A stretch of DNA of 64,000 nucleotides, from positions 2,914,001 through 2,978,000 of the forward strand of contig JBHGNT010000006.1 in assembly GCA_043228905.1 (NCBI GenBank). Reading direction: 5' to 3'. Within the stretch, counting starts at the first letter, position 1, and each line of letters opens with the position of its first letter. The DNA is from Azolla caroliniana. Lineage: Eukaryota > Plantae > Polypodiophyta. Below, one piece after another: positions 61,541 to 64,000 of the stretch. Made by a program: the position numbers and the translations under genes. The notes beneath the pieces are model-generated. The model made no database searches, was not told the DNA's origin, and worked only from the letters and a program-made list of their open reading frames with translations.

Positions 61541-62370
61541 AAGTTGCAAGCTTCCACAATACCTTGACAATATTATAACAATTCAAACTAGGAATAGCCC
61601 AAAATATATTGAAGAAGAGAAAATGGATATTTTGAATACAAGAACCATCAGGTTGAGAGTTGGTACACCTACTATACTACTTGTAAAAAGTGAGATAAAG
61701 TTGGTAGTCATTTATCCATCGTGAAGAAGCGATTCATTATCCACTAAAAACCTTGTTTTTCTCTTATATCTAAATGCATTTTAGACCACAAACCTATCTA
61801 TATATACATAACTAAACCAATCAAATAATCGACATTGGCATATTAATATATATTCACCTCTACCATTGACAATCCTTATCAAAAACATGTTATGAGCTAA
61901 TATGGTCTAAACATCAATTTCATTACCCTTAATTCCCCTTTAATTGGACATGCAATGGAGCAGATAACGCTATGTGGAGGGTCTACTCAATCATCGACAT
62001 TGTCCAACTCATTTGGTGGATTGTGGTTTGCATTGTTCCATAAGAGGGGAATTAAAGGTGATAGAATTGAATATTCGTTCATTGGGATCATATTAAGGAT
62101 GAGGAGAACATCAACTATCTATAATCTGACAAAGATGGGGAATAGGTAAAGTGCATGAATGTGATGACACATATTAGAGATGTATTGAGTAAAAATATGT
62201 ACATATTGCAAAGCCCAACAAAGGGCACCCAAATTTCTTAATAGCGAGACATGTGAAATCTGTAGTAAACATATATACTTTTTAGACATACCTCAGGACA
62301 TAAAGAAATTGCATTGGTATGGAAAAACATATCAAAGGTTTTGAGATGAAAATAGATGTTAATAATAATA

Positions 62371-62527
62371 GATAAGGTGGAGTGGTTTTACCCAACACCA
62401 AAGTATTTATTTAAGCTGATGGTTAGAATTTAGAAAAATACAGAGGATATGTGGTATATCTTGTATGTACATCTAGCCTTATCGCGTTTTCTAATACTAA
62501 TGTAGTATCTTTTTTTGGAAAAGAAGA
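62371..62527 (+). mobile_element. Short LINE 3'-end insertion
   Basis: Ends ACTAATGTAGTATCTTTTTTTGGAAAAG. Flanked by the imperfect direct repeat AGATGTTAA(T/C)AATAATA. Confidence 0.6.
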
Positions 62528-63130
62528 AGATGTTAACAATAATAACCAACCTTGTATATGAAAGTGAATTTATATCTTCCTTCTTGTTCTTTTGTAATTT
62601 GATGAGGGATTATTATCTTTACATATAGAGTTCCATGAAATCATATTTTACTAACAATAATACGGTATAATAATCATGGCAAGAAGTTTGATGTTAGTAT
62701 GTGATACATGTTGAAATGGCCAACTTGATTTTGTTTGTCTCCTACCATATACCCTTACTTTTAGCCTCCATGTGACCATACACATACATGTCCATATACT
62801 ATTTTCTTTTTCTGGTCCTTGTCAACCCAACTTATAAATTTGGTTGAATTTCATAATTGTTTAGTCAAGTCACTTGAAGGGCATTCATGCTACACAAATC
62901 AAACATTAGCTTATGTGTTTCACACTGTTAATGACATCCATTTCTAGTAAAGTTCTTTCATTGGTCTAGTTTCCTTTTCTTCTTTAGATCAGTGCATAAC
63001 ATGTACATGTGAGTAGCATAATACACGAGTGGGTTACTTTTAAACTATTTATAAGATTTGTAACTTATGACTATAGTAGTTATACAAAGGGAGGATATAA
63101 AATTAGGAAATATAAAAGAGCATTCCTATT

Positions 63131-63475
63131 TTATTTTATTTTATTTTTCCAAAACAAAAAACTCCTTGCATTAGTTATAAAATTTTACAGTTGTCACTAT
63201 TACATACAAACAACAGAAGATGCTCAATAGTTCCATCTTATGTGGAGGCCCATTGATTCAAGAAAGGGAAATGTCGACCATTGCTGGATGAAGGCTAAGC
63301 GTTGTCTTTCAACCCATAGTGTTCTTGGGCTGATCAACTCCATCACAACTTGATCATTGGCATTGATGTGGGTTGAGTGACATTGTTAGTGGTGGAAAAT
63401 GAGATCTCATGTGCCTTTATTACCAACATCATCCTCTCCTCCTCATGTTCGTATCTATCATTTGGGGCTTGCGAA
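63131..63475 (-). mobile_element. LINE 3' fragment related to 30345-31074
   Basis: Aligns with 30350-30520 (CTCCTT.CATTAGTTATAAAATTTTACA; ATAGTTCCATCT.ATGTGGA; GGATGAAGGCTA.GCGTTGTCTTTCAAC). Confidence 0.72.
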
Positions 63476-63645
63476 AACCTATTAAATTAATTAAGTTTCT
63501 TTGGAAGAAAGCAAGATAATTATAGTAACCCAAGCCATGTTTCCCCTCAATTATCATGAACTTAAAGTTTTCCTAAACTTATAATCATTGTAAAGAATTA
63601 AGAGATGGATTCTATGCAGCGGAATAGATATGAACTGTGTGTGTG

Positions 63646-63682
<37 letters not shown>

Positions 63683-64000
63683 AGGAGTAAGACTCAGAGA
63701 ATACGTAGGGTAAAGTATATTAACAAAGGAGAAAGACTTGACATTATACAAGGTGGGAGGAGGGTGCTTTATATAGTCACCCTCTCTCTTCATTAACTAT
63801 AAGACTCATGGAGCATGGGGAATGTGAAAGCTCATAAGTTATGTGTCATAGAATATGATTCTATGACTCATACTAAATGCTAGAATACAAAGTGGTGACA
63901 TAATGGTGACTCTTGACCATTGGAGTTTCTATTCACTCTCAAGGTGAGTTCACACACTAGACCAAGTTGAGCTAGATTCTCAACAATCATTACATAACTT

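Noticed and set aside
62497-62515. U2 snRNA fragment (TGTAGTATCT)
   Set aside because: Only a 10-nt match inside a variant of the LINE tail motif, with no other U2 sequence.

Overview
Land-plant nuclear DNA, probably a fern or other non-seed plant. That placement is an inference from abundant (TACA)n/(GA)n microsatellites and a fern-type PPR relic. Four intact intron-containing genes were reconstructed by hand from splice sites: an ANKRD13-type ankyrin/GPCR-chaperone gene (+, 2641-4834), two 6-exon laccases (-, 14129-16920 and 33209-36101) and a 23-exon XRN2/Rat1-family exoribonuclease most like XRN3 (-, 47438-57083). The laccases lie in a head-to-tail tandem duplication of about 20 kb (A ~7547-28161, B ~28202-47234). 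Its right breakpoint is ~200 bp downstream of the XRN stop. Comparing A with B exposes many later insertions: one LINE clade (a 5.4-kb copy with a 16-bp TSD plus many fragments), non-autonomous hAT elements with 8-bp TSDs, LTR relics and tRNA-like sequences. The most unusual signals are: (1) a ~30-nt 3'-terminal motif (ACTAATG..AAG.AG..T-tract-GG-polyA) shared by otherwise unalignable LINE tails and also inserted alone as ~45-bp units with their own TSDs; (2) a fold-back, self-complementary LTR followed by a tRNA-Met-type PBS inside an XRN intron; (3) a candidate frame-preserving micro-exon conserved in both laccases; (4) a near-identical tract between otherwise diverged duplicate blocks. All alignments were made by eye and no database searches were run.
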